Shown: positions 8,158 to 18,058, counted from the stretch's first letter. The stretch is 64,000 nucleotides of DNA from Candidatus Levyibacteriota bacterium (GCA_016182235.1 JACOXT010000003.1:322209-386208); one strand, 5' to 3'. Notes: generated by a model not told the origin, from the letters alone. Made by a program: numbers and translations.

Positions 8158-9657
8158 ATGCAGTTTCTAAAAAAATATTTTGGCATTTTTGTTGTTCTTT
8201 TTTTGTCTTTTTGGGCGATAAAGCCTCTTTTTATTCCTGGATTTTTTCCAATGCACGATGATACGCAGGTTGCTAGAGTTTTTGAGATGGGGAAGGCTTT
8301 GAGGGATGGCATGTTTCCGGTAAGATGGGTTCCTGATTTGGGGTATGGATATGGATATCCTATTTTTAACTTCTATGCTCCATTAGCATACTATGTTGGT
8401 GGATTATTTACAGTATTAGGATTTGACGCGCTTATTTCTACAAAAATTATGATGGCGGTGGGGGTTCTTCTTTCTGGTATTTTTATGTATTTGTTAGCTC
8501 GGGAATTTTGGGGAGAGTTGGGTGGCATTGTTTCTTCGCTTTTTTATATTTATGCCCCATATCATGCTTTGGATATTTATGTCAGAGGAGATGTTGCCGA
8601 GTTTTGGGCTTATGCTTTTGTGCCATTGATGTTTTGGGGATTCTTTAAGGTTTTTAAGGAAGCAAGGTTGAAATATATAGTCATTGGTTCTTTGGGATAT
8701 GCGGGGGTAATTCTTTCACATAACTTAACCGCGATGATGGTAACTCCATTCTTGATTATTGTTATATTGTTGCATTGTTATATTGCTTACAAAAATAAAA
8801 AGATACTTAATACTTACTACTTAATACTTACTGCTATTTTAGGTTTGATGCTTTCTTCATTTTATTGGATACCAGCGTTACTTGAGATGAAACACACGAA
8901 TGTTTTGTCGCAAATAGGTGGTGGCGCTGACTTTCGCGATCACTTTGTCTGCATTAATCAATTATGGGATAGTCCATGGAGATTTGGAGGATCTATTCCA
9001 GGATGCATAGATGGTTTATCTTTTAAAGTAGGAAAACTTCACATCATTGCTACAGCGTTAGTAATGATCTTATTTTTATTTTCACATTTTTTTAACAAGA
9101 AAGTTAAGTACTTAAATGATATATATCATTTAAGTAACGGAATCTGGGTCATTTGGTTTTCTATCGTAGGCTTACTCATTTCTATCTTTTTAATGCTTGA
9201 TGTCTCACAACCTATCTGGGAAGCAATTCCTGCAATATCTTTTTTCCAATATCCTTGGAGATTTTCGTTGCTTATTTCTTTTTTTTCATCTTTACTCTGT
9301 GGGTCCCTCATACTTCTTTTGGCTGAGTTTAAGATAAAACAATTTTTAACTGCAGTGTTGCTAGCCATATTTATTTTATATTTTAATATAAAACTTTTTA
9401 TGCCCCAAACAATATATCAAAAGACTGTCAATGACTACACAAGTGAGAAAGCACTCAAGTGGGAAGCGTCAAAGATCTCAGATGAATTTCTTCCTCCTGA
9501 CTTTAAAATACCTAAATCTGAAGCTGAGGTTGCAAAAAAGCCTATTCCTTTTAAGGAGACTTATGTGGAAAAGGTTTCTAATCTAGTCTCATTTGTTGGA
9601 GCATTAACTTTAATTATTGGTATAATTATATTTAGGGCTAAAAAGGCCAATCAATGA
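8158..9657 (+). CDS. PTPS-related GT-C membrane protein (short C-terminal domain)
   Basis: MHDDTQVARV, GYGYPIFNFYAP, PYHALDIYVRGDVAE, SHN, FQYPWRF. Confidence 0.82.
   Translation: MQFLKKYFGIFVVLFLSFWAIKPLFIPGFFPMHDDTQVARVFEMGKALRDGMFPVRWVPDLGYGYGYPIFNFYAPLAYYVGGLFTVLGFDALISTKIMMAVGVLLSGIFMYLLAREFWGELGGIVSSLFYIYAPYHALDIYVRGDVAEFWAYAFVPLMFWGFFKVFKEARLKYIVIGSLGYAGVILSHNLTAMMVTPFLIIVILLHCYIAYKNKKILNTYYLILTAILGLMLSSFYWIPALLEMKHTNVLSQIGGGADFRDHFVCINQLWDSPWRFGGSIPGCIDGLSFKVGKLHIIATALVMILFLFSHFFNKKVKYLNDIYHLSNGIWVIWFSIVGLLISIFLMLDVSQPIWEAIPAISFFQYPWRFSLLISFFSSLLCGSLILLLAEFKIKQFLTAVLLAIFILYFNIKLFMPQTIYQKTVNDYTSEKALKWEASKISDEFLPPDFKIPKSEAEVAKKPIPFKETYVEKVSNLVSFVGALTLIIGIIIFRAKKANQ
8758..8831 (+). repeat. 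in-frame short tandem repeats (8-mer x4, then 7-mer x4)
   Basis: ATTGTTAT ATTGTTGC ATTGTTAT ATTGCTTA (8758-8789); TACTTAA TACTTAC TACTTAA TACTTAC (8804-8831). Confidence 0.8.
9109..9136. repeat. perfect 28-bp palindrome inside a CDS
   Basis: TACTTAAATGATATATATCATTTAAGTA equals its own reverse complement (14/14 pairs). Confidence 0.95.
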
Positions 9658-10382
9658 ATAAATCAACTGTTGAAGTAACAATCCCTGTCTATAACGAAGA
9701 AAAAGAGTTAGAGAAAAATATTACAAAACTTTATGAGTTCTGCGAAGACAACCTGTCGGATTATAATTGGCATATTACTATTGCGGATAATGCTTCGACG
9801 GATAATACTCCTGTAATCGCAGCGACTCTTAGCAAGAAATTTCCTCAGATTTTATATTTTCGACTGGAACAGAAAGGAAGAGGAAGAGCTGTCAAAAGGG
9901 TCTGGTCTCAATCAAAAAGCGATATTTGCATATATATGGATTTGGATCTTTCTACAGATCTTATCCATTTACCCAAAGTAATTAACGCATTAGAGGCCGG
10001 GTATGACATCGCAATCGGTTCAAGACTTGCTAAAGGAGCAAGGGTAGAGGGGAGAACAATGTTGCGAGAATTAACATCAAGGGCTCTAAATTTCTTTTTC
10101 ATACAATTCTTCTTTCAAACACATTTTACCGATGCTCAGTGTGGGTTTAAGGGAGTAACAAGAAGAGTGGTTGAGAACCTCATTCCTAAAGTCAAAGATA
10201 ATGAATGGTTTTTTGATGGCGAGCTTCTAATAATAGCCGAAAAGAGTGGATACAAAATTTATGAAGAACCGGTTCACTGGGTAGATAATCCTGGATCAAC
10301 AGTACGCCTTATCTCAACAATTTGGGGAGATGTCTTATCTATCCTTAGATTACTAAGGACTCGGCCATGGAGAAAAACATAG
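9654..10382 (+). CDS. GT2 polyprenol-phosphate glycosyltransferase (Dol-P-Glc synthase/Alg5-like)
   Basis: IPVYNEE, IADNASTD, KGRGRAV, YMDLDLSTD, AIGSR, DAQCGFK, WFFDGELL, PVHWVD. Confidence 0.88.
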   Translation: MNKSTVEVTIPVYNEEKELEKNITKLYEFCEDNLSDYNWHITIADNASTDNTPVIAATLSKKFPQILYFRLEQKGRGRAVKRVWSQSKSDICIYMDLDLSTDLIHLPKVINALEAGYDIAIGSRLAKGARVEGRTMLRELTSRALNFFFIQFFFQTHFTDAQCGFKGVTRRVVENLIPKVKDNEWFFDGELLIIAEKSGYKIYEEPVHWVDNPGSTVRLISTIWGDVLSILRLLRTRPWRKT

Positions 10383-10392
10383 AGGATTAACT

Positions 10393-11841
10393 ATGGACAA
10401 GCGCAATTTTGATTTAATTGTAAAAAGATCTATTCGTGGTGTTTTGGCATTGGCATCTAAAACATTTTTTTTAAACCTTGTATCATTTGCCGCTTTTTTA
10501 GTCGTAACTAGTAATTTGCCTAAAACAGAATTTGGTGTTTATATTGTTGTAATTGCCATACAAAGAGTTATATCTTTTCTTACCGATTTTGGTTTGGGAG
10601 CAGCTCTCATACAGAAAAAGGAAGATTTACAACAGAGAGACATTTCTACTTTCTTTACAGTTCAAGCGGGGATTACATTTATAATTTTTCTTCTTGTAAC
10701 GATATTTATTGGCATAATTGCCGATTTTTTTAAATTAAGCGAGCAAGGAAAATGGCTTTTACTTGTATTAGTTTTTACAATATTTCTTTCATCATTTAAA
10801 ACAATCCCATCAATTCTTCTTGAGAGGACTATAAGTTTTGGTAAGTTAGTATTTCCTCAAATAGTAGAAGCACTTGTTTTTAATCTTATCCTTGTCGCGC
10901 TCGTCCTTGGCGGATACGGCATTAGTTCTTTTAGCTTCGCATTTTTAATCTCAAGTCTTATCGGGATTCCAGTTTATTATCTTATCGCTCCTTGGAGAAT
11001 AAGAATTGGTATAGATAAACAATCTCTTTACAATCTTAAATATGGGATACGGTATCAGGCAAAGAATATATTGGCAACGATAAAAGATGATCTTTTGACT
11101 GTAATCCTAACTCGTTTTCTGACATTTACAGAAATCGCGTATATAGGATTTGCCCAGAGATTAGCGTTTTTTATGTATCGTTATCTTGTCGACAGCGTCA
11201 CAAAGGTAACTTTCTCTGCATATTCAAGAGCTCAGAATGATTTAAATTTTCTTAAGAAAGCTGTTGAAAAATCTTTATTTTTTGTTAGCGCGAGCATGTT
11301 TCCTCCTCTTTTTGGTTTAATGATTGTTTCTCCGTACTTAATAAATTTCTTTCCTAATTGGAATAATAAATGGGAACCTGCAATCTTTAGTGTTGTATTT
11401 TTTTGCCTAAACGCTGCCGTTTCGGCCTTATCAGGAATTTTGGTGAATGTTCTGGATTCAACAGGAAGAGTTAAGACTACTTTGAGACTTATGGTGATAT
11501 GGACAATTTTAATCTGGACATTAACTCCTATTTTCATATATTTTTATGGATACAATGGCGTTTCTGTAGCGTCGTTCTTGGTTACTACGACAATTGTATA
11601 TACGATATATTTGGTAAAAAAAGTTGTAGACTTTAGTTTTCTCCGAAGTATTTATAAACCGGCAGCTGCGACTCTTTTGATGGTTTTCGTAGTAATTCTA
11701 GGTTCCCAAATCTTCATTAAAGATGTCCTTTCACTTATATTTGTTATACTTACTGGTGCGGTAGTTTATACTGTAAGCTTAATTCTTTTTGCTCGAAAAG
11801 AACTGAGTCGTGATTTAGCACGTTTTGGGATAAAAATATGA
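10393..11841 (+). CDS. Wzx/MOP-family oligosaccharide flippase
   Basis: About 12-14 TM segments; EFGVY...DFGLGAALIQ motif typical of WzxC/TuaB-like flippases. Confidence 0.85.
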   Translation: MDKRNFDLIVKRSIRGVLALASKTFFLNLVSFAAFLVVTSNLPKTEFGVYIVVIAIQRVISFLTDFGLGAALIQKKEDLQQRDISTFFTVQAGITFIIFLLVTIFIGIIADFFKLSEQGKWLLLVLVFTIFLSSFKTIPSILLERTISFGKLVFPQIVEALVFNLILVALVLGGYGISSFSFAFLISSLIGIPVYYLIAPWRIRIGIDKQSLYNLKYGIRYQAKNILATIKDDLLTVILTRFLTFTEIAYIGFAQRLAFFMYRYLVDSVTKVTFSAYSRAQNDLNFLKKAVEKSLFFVSASMFPPLFGLMIVSPYLINFFPNWNNKWEPAIFSVVFFCLNAAVSALSGILVNVLDSTGRVKTTLRLMVIWTILIWTLTPIFIYFYGYNGVSVASFLVTTTIVYTIYLVKKVVDFSFLRSIYKPAAATLLMVFVVILGSQIFIKDVLSLIFVILTGAVVYTVSLILFARKELSRDLARFGIKI

Positions 11842-12749
11842 ACAAAAAAAATTCTCTATCTGCTGTTATTTCCGTATTTAATGGGGAAAAAGAACTCAAT
11901 GATTGCCTTAAGTCTATCTCATTTGCGGACGAAATAATAGTTGTTAACAACTCATCGACAGACAGAACTTTAGACATTGCAAAACAATATACAAATAAAA
12001 TTTTTACAAAACCCAATAATCCTATGCTAAACATCAATAAAAACTTTGGTTTCTCAAAGACTAAAGGAAAATGGATCTTATATCTTGATGTTGACGAACG
12101 CGTTTCAGAAGAGCTAAGAGAGGAAATTATCCATACTATTAGGAATGATTCGGTTATGGGGTATTTTCTTCCGAGGAAAAACATAATTTTTGGCAAGTGG
12201 ATGGAACATACAGGCTGGTATCCTGATTATCAACTGCGACTTTTTCAAAAAGGTTTTGGTAAATTTGAAGAGAAACATGTTCATGAAATGGTTAGTGTTA
12301 CGGGAAAAGTAGGTTACCTTAAAGGTAATCTGATTCACTACAATTACTCTACAATTTCTCAATTTTTACAAAAACTTCAACTTTATGCCTCAAATGAGGC
12401 AGAGAATTTGATTGAGGAAGGCTATAAATTTACTTGGCATGATGCGATAAGTTTCCCCGTAAAGGAATTTCTAAGTCGTTTTTTCGCAAGGGGTGGGTAC
12501 AAAGACGGATTCCATGGTCTCATGCTTTCTATCTTTATGGCTTTTTATCATTTTGTTGTTTTTGCATGTCTTTGGGAGAAGATGGGATTTGAGAGGATTG
12601 ATAAAAATCTTATCGTAGGAACAGCGATTGAGTTTAAGAAATCGTATAAAGAATTTAGTTTTTGGATAAATAACGAGAAGTTAAAGACGATAGAAAATCC
12701 GTTTAAAAAAGTAGCTTATAAAATATTAAGGAAAATCCGTGGGGCATAA
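11838..12749 (+). CDS. GT2 glycosyltransferase (LgtF/WaaE-like beta-1,4-glucosyltransferase group)
   Basis: DEIIVV..SSTDRT, WILYLDVDER, WYPDYQLRLF, VHE, GGYKDGFHG. Confidence 0.88.
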   Translation: MNKKNSLSAVISVFNGEKELNDCLKSISFADEIIVVNNSSTDRTLDIAKQYTNKIFTKPNNPMLNINKNFGFSKTKGKWILYLDVDERVSEELREEIIHTIRNDSVMGYFLPRKNIIFGKWMEHTGWYPDYQLRLFQKGFGKFEEKHVHEMVSVTGKVGYLKGNLIHYNYSTISQFLQKLQLYASNEAENLIEEGYKFTWHDAISFPVKEFLSRFFARGGYKDGFHGLMLSIFMAFYHFVVFACLWEKMGFERIDKNLIVGTAIEFKKSYKEFSFWINNEKLKTIENPFKKVAYKILRKIRGA

Positions 12750-12763
12750 TTTTTCTCAACGCA

Positions 12764-13681
12764 ATGAAGAGTGTTTTTGTTTCAATACTGAATTTTAATG
12801 GGAAAAAAAATACATTGGAGTGTTTGGCATCTTTTAAAGATCTAAAAAATAGAAATTTTAATCTCACACTTATTGTGGTAGATAACGGTTCTAAAGAGAC
12901 CTGCGACATAAAGAGCGGATTTGTGGCGAATATCCCAATTGTTGTTATAAAAAACGAGAAAAACCTGGGCTTTTCTGGAGGACATAATGTAGGGATAAGA
13001 TATGCGCTTGATAACGGAGCCGACTATATTTTAACTTTGAATAATGACACTTATGTTGACAGGAATTTTTTAGATGAGTTATTGAGGGTTATAGAAAAAG
13101 ATGAAAATATCGGAATAGTGGTTCCTAAAATTTATTTTGCTTCTGGATTTGAGTTCCACAAGGAAAGATATGAAAAAAATGAATTGGGGAAAGTATTTTG
13201 GTATGCTGGCGGAGAAATGGATTGGAGTAATATTATTGGACACCATAAGGGAGTAGATGAAGTGGATCATGGTCAATACAATAAAGCGGAAGAAACTGAA
13301 TTGGCGACGGGATGTTGCATGATGGTTAAGAAAGAGGTATTTGAAAAAGTAGGTAAATTTGATGAAAAATATTTCTTGTACTACGAGGATAGCGATTTAA
13401 GTATTCGATGTAGAAGGAAAGGATTTAGAATTTTTTATGTGCCAAAGTCTGTAATTTTTCATAAAAATGCTGGATCCGCTGGAGGGTCCGGATCGAAACT
13501 TCAGGACTATTATATTACGAGAAATAGGTTGGTTTTTGGGCGAAAGTATGCTCCAATGAGAGCTAAGATAGCGCTTTTCAAGGAGTCATTGAATTTTTTA
13601 ATTAACGGCAGATATTGGCAAAAGCGAGGTGTTTTGGACTTTTGTTTAGGAAGATTAGGTAAAGGAAGTTTTGAAATATGA
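12764..13681 (+). CDS. GT2 glycosyltransferase (WbbL/rhamnosyltransferase-like group)
   Basis: ILNFNG, VVDNGS, NLGFSGGHN, LNNDT, TGCCMM, FLYYEDSDLS, YYITRNRL. Confidence 0.88.
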   Translation: MKSVFVSILNFNGKKNTLECLASFKDLKNRNFNLTLIVVDNGSKETCDIKSGFVANIPIVVIKNEKNLGFSGGHNVGIRYALDNGADYILTLNNDTYVDRNFLDELLRVIEKDENIGIVVPKIYFASGFEFHKERYEKNELGKVFWYAGGEMDWSNIIGHHKGVDEVDHGQYNKAEETELATGCCMMVKKEVFEKVGKFDEKYFLYYEDSDLSIRCRRKGFRIFYVPKSVIFHKNAGSAGGSGSKLQDYYITRNRLVFGRKYAPMRAKIALFKESLNFLINGRYWQKRGVLDFCLGRLGKGSFEI

Positions 13682-13761
13682 CCCCACTTCGTTCTGCAGT
13701 GCAGAACTTCGGAGGGGTCATGCTCCCGAAGCTATCCGTTGAAAAGTAGCTATCAAGGGAG
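13678..13761. repeat. GC-rich REP-like double hairpin in an intergenic spacer
   Basis: ATGACCCC (13678-85) pairs with GGGGTCAT (13714-21), enclosing GTTCTGC-AGT-GCAGAAC. A second imperfect hairpin CTCCC..AGCTA / TAGCT..GGGAG spans 13723-13761. Confidence 0.65.
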
Positions 13762-13809
13762 AAGATATTCAATAAATAATATGTGTAATTTTAAAAGGAG
13801 CGAAGGGGC

Positions 13810-14568
13810 ATGACTAAGATTTCGGGAATTGTGGTCGTAAAAAACGAAGAAGACATGATTGCTGACTGCTTAGATTCTATTTCATTTTGCGATGAGATGA
13901 TAGTTATTGATGGGGGGTCAGAAGACAGAACAGTAGAAATTGCCAAAAAGATGAACGCGAAAGTATTTAAGTATATCTCATCTGATTTTTCCAAAATCAG
14001 AAATTTTGGCTTAAAAAAATCAACAGGAGAATGGGTATTATATGTGGACGCAGATGAACGTGTTAGCCCCTTACTAAATGAAGAGGTGGTTAAGTCAATA
14101 GGCAATCTGGAAAACAAATATGATGGATATTTCATAAAGAGAAAAAATTTTTACCTTGGAACTTCTGATAAAAATGAATGGCCGTATATAGAGTCTCTGG
14201 AGAGACTATTCAGAAAGGATAAATTGGAAGGCTGGTACGGCAGGCTTCATGAAAGCCCTAAAATTAATGGAGAACTTGGTCATTTAGACGGATATCTTCT
14301 CCATTATACACATAGAGATCTTTCTTCCATGATTGAAAAAACTATTGAGTGGTCACAGATTGAAGCGGAACTGCGCCTCAACTCAGGTCATCCCAAGATG
14401 ACATGGTGGAGATTTCCTCGAGTAATGCTAATCACCTTTTTAGATTCTTATATTAGACAGAAGGGTTGGAGAATTGGGACAATTGGATTAATAGAGAGTT
14501 TGTATCAGTCATTTAGTATCTTTATAACCTATGCGAGATTATGGGAAATGCAGCAGGGAAAGAAATAA
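13810..14568 (+). CDS. GT2 glycosyltransferase (LgtF/WaaE-like)
   Basis: KNEE, VIDGGSEDRT, DFSKIRNFG, WVLYVDADER, RLFRK, LHE. Confidence 0.88.
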   Translation: MTKISGIVVVKNEEDMIADCLDSISFCDEMIVIDGGSEDRTVEIAKKMNAKVFKYISSDFSKIRNFGLKKSTGEWVLYVDADERVSPLLNEEVVKSIGNLENKYDGYFIKRKNFYLGTSDKNEWPYIESLERLFRKDKLEGWYGRLHESPKINGELGHLDGYLLHYTHRDLSSMIEKTIEWSQIEAELRLNSGHPKMTWWRFPRVMLITFLDSYIRQKGWRIGTIGLIESLYQSFSIFITYARLWEMQQGKK

Positions 14569-15722
14569 GCAAATTTCCTTTTTATAATCTTCTATGTGTT
14601 GTGTTGTTTTTAGTAACAATTAGTCAGCCTTTATACATTTTATTCCAAAATAAAGAAGCATTTTTTGCAAAAGGATATATGGATCTATATGAGCAATACC
14701 ATAATTTATATAACTCCTCGCAGTATGTTCAGAAGGAAAATCCAGGAATTATACCTGATGAGGCTCTTGAAGCCTTTGCTGCCGGCACATTCTTAAAGGG
14801 ACTAAATCCAATTCTTATTGTTCATGATCAGCCTCCATTAGGAAGATATATATTGTCTTTGTCCATTTTACTATTTGATAATGTAAATACTATTATAGTT
14901 CTATTATTTTTCCTTTCAGGAATGGGTGTATTTCTTATTGCGAGGTTGATTTTACATAATACCTTACTTTCATTTGTGCCCCTTGCGATTTTCATAAACG
15001 AGCCATTGTTTGTAAATAAATTTTACTATTCTCCACTTCTTGAGCCAATTCAATTACCTTTTATAATTTTTGCCATATATTTTTTTATGCAAGGAATAAT
15101 TAAGAAAAACTATTTTAAATGGTTTATCTACACTTCAGTCATGTTGGGGTTTGTTATAAGTATTCGTTTTTTCATTCTTGGAGTTTTGTTAGTTTTTACG
15201 ATGGTTTTGTATTTTTTAATTAAAAAGAAATTTGATAAGAAATTTGCTTTATTTATACTTTCATTACCTATTGCCGCTATTATACTTTTAGTTTCATATA
15301 CAAGAACTATCCAGCTGGGAAGTTCGATTTTGCAAATTTTTGGTATACAGAAATACATATTCTATTATCACAGGGCACAACTTTCTTTACCTTTTTCTTT
15401 TTGGGATTTACTATTTTTTAATAGATGGCATACTTGGTGGGGGGAAAGAACTATAATTTCGGATCCCCAATGGATATTTATTTGGCCATTTTCAGCGTTT
15501 CTAGCCTTGTTTTTTTCTTTACTTGGTTTTTTTAGAAAAATATCAGTTTCCGAACCAGAGAAAGTAATTGTTATATGGATTATTGTATATAGTTTATTTC
15601 TCTCTTTAGGCGAAACCTCTACGCGTTATTTTCCCCCGCTATTGCCATTTGTCTATATTATAGCCACATCTTTTTTAGTAAAGATAATTCTACTTCTTAA
15701 ATCTAAATTCAAGTCTAAATGA
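14541..15722 (+). CDS. probable GT-C-fold membrane protein
   Basis: Polytopic; IPDE, HDQPPLGRY and C-terminal RYFPPLLP motifs resemble PMT/ArnT-like proteins. Start uncertain. Confidence 0.6.
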   Translation: MGNAAGKEISKFPFYNLLCVVLFLVTISQPLYILFQNKEAFFAKGYMDLYEQYHNLYNSSQYVQKENPGIIPDEALEAFAAGTFLKGLNPILIVHDQPPLGRYILSLSILLFDNVNTIIVLLFFLSGMGVFLIARLILHNTLLSFVPLAIFINEPLFVNKFYYSPLLEPIQLPFIIFAIYFFMQGIIKKNYFKWFIYTSVMLGFVISIRFFILGVLLVFTMVLYFLIKKKFDKKFALFILSLPIAAIILLVSYTRTIQLGSSILQIFGIQKYIFYYHRAQLSLPFSFWDLLFFNRWHTWWGERTIISDPQWIFIWPFSAFLALFFSLLGFFRKISVSEPEKVIVIWIIVYSLFLSLGETSTRYFPPLLPFVYIIATSFLVKIILLLKSKFKSK

Positions 15723-18058
15723 AAAAACATATTTTAAGATTTTGGCCTATAATTTTTATTTTTTCAATTTGGTTTATTTTTGCCAGTCCGTTTTTTTTGA
15801 AAAATAAAGTTCCGTTCCCCTCAACTTATCAGGTAAATAATTTTGCTCCATGGAGCACAAATAGCCAATTTTGGGGACCAGTCAAAAACGGCGCAATGCC
15901 GGATATTATTACTCAAATTTATCCCTGGAGGCATCTTGCGATAGAAATATGGAAGAGTGGAGGGATTCCGCTTTGGAATCCATACAGCTTCTCTGGGACG
16001 CCTCTTCTTGCTAATTATCAGTCTGCAGTTCTTTCTCCGTTTAATATTCTTTTTTTTATTTTCCCATTCGTGGATGCTTGGAGCATTCTTGTTTTGATCC
16101 AACCTCTTTTGGCAGCTTTTTTTATGTACTTTTTCGTGAGGAGTCTTAACAGAAGTAAGATTGGTAGCCTTATCTCATCCATCTCTTTTATGTTCTGTGG
16201 ATTTATCACTGTTTGGATGGGGTACGCGACCTTACCATTTGCGATTTTGTTTCTGCCTCTTTCGCTTTTTTGCATAGAAAAGTACTATATAACTCGAACA
16301 TTTAAATTTTTATTATTATTGACTATATCGATACCTCTTTCTTTTTTCAGCGGTCATTTTCAAATAAGTTTATATTTTTTATCGTTTATTGGAGTGTATG
16401 TTTTGTATAAATTTATTTATACTAGGAGAGTATCTTCTACCTTCTGCATTATACTTTCGGTTTTTTTTGGCTTTCTTATGTCCATGCCACAAATTCTCCC
16501 ATCGGCCGAATTCTATATGCAATCTTTTAGGAGTACTGTCTTTGAAAAAGGCGAAATAATTCCATGGGGATATTTCCCAACATTTTTGGCGCCTGATTTT
16601 TTTGGTAATCCAGTTACAAGAAATGATTGGTTTGGGCACTATGCCGAGTGGAATAGTTATATAGGAGTTTTGCCACTAATGCTTGCTATATACGCAATAA
16701 TAGATAAAAAAAAATCTCAAACATTTCTTTTATTCGGATTTGCCATATTAGTCCTTCTTTTGGCGTTTCCTACCCCTTTACAGAGTCTTCTTATTAGCAT
16801 TCACTTTCCTGTATTATCTACCAGTGCTGCGGGTAGAATTGTTGTTTTATATAGTTTTTTATTTGCTGCACTTTCAGCTTTTGGATTTGATAGATTGTTA
16901 AGCGATATTAACGACCGGAAAATTAAAAAAATCATTGTGTGGCTAATCTGTTTTTCTTTTTTATTTTTGATTCTATGGTGCATAGCGCTATTAAGAATTT
17001 TTATCCCTATGGATAAAGCACAAATTGCTAGAAGTAATTTAGTTTTACCTACTTTAATTTTTGGAGCAGTTATTGTTGCAATTTTCGTTCGATATGTTAA
17101 CTCTAAAGTTGTGTTTATTTTTTCATGTTTTTTGCTTGCAGTTGTTTCTTTTGATATGTTGAGATTTGCAATAAAATGGATGCCTTTTGATCCAAGACAT
17201 CTTGTATTTCCAGAGACATCAACAACCAAGGCTTTTCCTAAAATTTCAAACATGAGTCGTGTGCTGGGAAACTTAGGAGGAGAAGCTGCAATATATTATA
17301 ATTTGCCTTCAGTTGAGGGTTATGATGCACTTTACATAAAAAATTACGCAGAATTTATTGGCTTTGTTGAAAACGGAAAGTCTCGCGATTTAAGCCGCTC
17401 TGTTGTTATATTTCCCAAAGACGGTATATACACTCCTGAGGCAGTTAATCTGTTGGATATAAGATATATAGTTCATAAACTTGCCGATGATCGGGCAAGC
17501 TGGACATTTCCATACTGGACATATCCAGATGAGCAGTTCAAGCTCATTTATAGAGACGATAAATACGAATTTTATGAAAACATGAAAGCTTTTCCCCATG
17601 CCTTTCTGGTCGGAAAATATAGAGTAGTTAAGGGTACGCAAAAAGCTATAGATACGATGTTTAACGATAAATTTGATTTAAGTAAGGAAATTATTCTTGA
17701 GGAAGACCCCAACCTTATTCAGACAATTGGTTCTGCCGGAGTTGCAAAAATTACAAGATATGAACCAAATAATATCGATATTGAGGTTACAGCCAATAAT
17801 GCGTCTTTGCTCTATTTAGCAGATAACTTCTATAACGGATGGAAGGCTGAGATTGACGGAAAGGAAGTCTCTGTTCTTAAGGCAAACTACACTTTTAGGG
17901 CGATTCCGATAAAAACTGGCAAGCATTTCGTAAGATTTTTTTATGACCCAGCAAGTTTTAGACTGGGATTGTATATGGCATTAGGAGGTTTAATTGGAGT
18001 TGCAATTATTTTTGTTTTTTCCAGAACGCGAGCTCGGAAAACTCCAGTCTCTTCTTAG
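15719..18058 (+). CDS. YfhO-family membrane protein (GT-C-like)
   Basis: D...QIYPW, IPLWNPYSFSGTPLLANYQS, GHFQ, GYD, FYNGWKAEIDG, ANYTFRAI, Y.PASF then a TM helix. Confidence 0.87.
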   Translation: MKKHILRFWPIIFIFSIWFIFASPFFLKNKVPFPSTYQVNNFAPWSTNSQFWGPVKNGAMPDIITQIYPWRHLAIEIWKSGGIPLWNPYSFSGTPLLANYQSAVLSPFNILFFIFPFVDAWSILVLIQPLLAAFFMYFFVRSLNRSKIGSLISSISFMFCGFITVWMGYATLPFAILFLPLSLFCIEKYYITRTFKFLLLLTISIPLSFFSGHFQISLYFLSFIGVYVLYKFIYTRRVSSTFCIILSVFFGFLMSMPQILPSAEFYMQSFRSTVFEKGEIIPWGYFPTFLAPDFFGNPVTRNDWFGHYAEWNSYIGVLPLMLAIYAIIDKKKSQTFLLFGFAILVLLLAFPTPLQSLLISIHFPVLSTSAAGRIVVLYSFLFAALSAFGFDRLLSDINDRKIKKIIVWLICFSFLFLILWCIALLRIFIPMDKAQIARSNLVLPTLIFGAVIVAIFVRYVNSKVVFIFSCFLLAVVSFDMLRFAIKWMPFDPRHLVFPETSTTKAFPKISNMSRVLGNLGGEAAIYYNLPSVEGYDALYIKNYAEFIGFVENGKSRDLSRSVVIFPKDGIYTPEAVNLLDIRYIVHKLADDRASWTFPYWTYPDEQFKLIYRDDKYEFYENMKAFPHAFLVGKYRVVKGTQKAIDTMFNDKFDLSKEIILEEDPNLIQTIGSAGVAKITRYEPNNIDIEVTANNASLLYLADNFYNGWKAEIDGKEVSVLKANYTFRAIPIKTGKHFVRFFYDPASFRLGLYMALGGLIGVAIIFVFSRTRARKTPVSS

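Noticed and set aside
11750..12196. 148-aa minus-strand ORF (also 13791-14135, 16801-17253, 21904-22251, 61989-62333)
   Set aside because: Antisense shadows of well-supported genes, with no recognisable motifs.
13678..13721. Rho-independent terminator
   Set aside because: The hairpin has no U-tract on either side and is followed by a second related hairpin; reported as REP-like instead.
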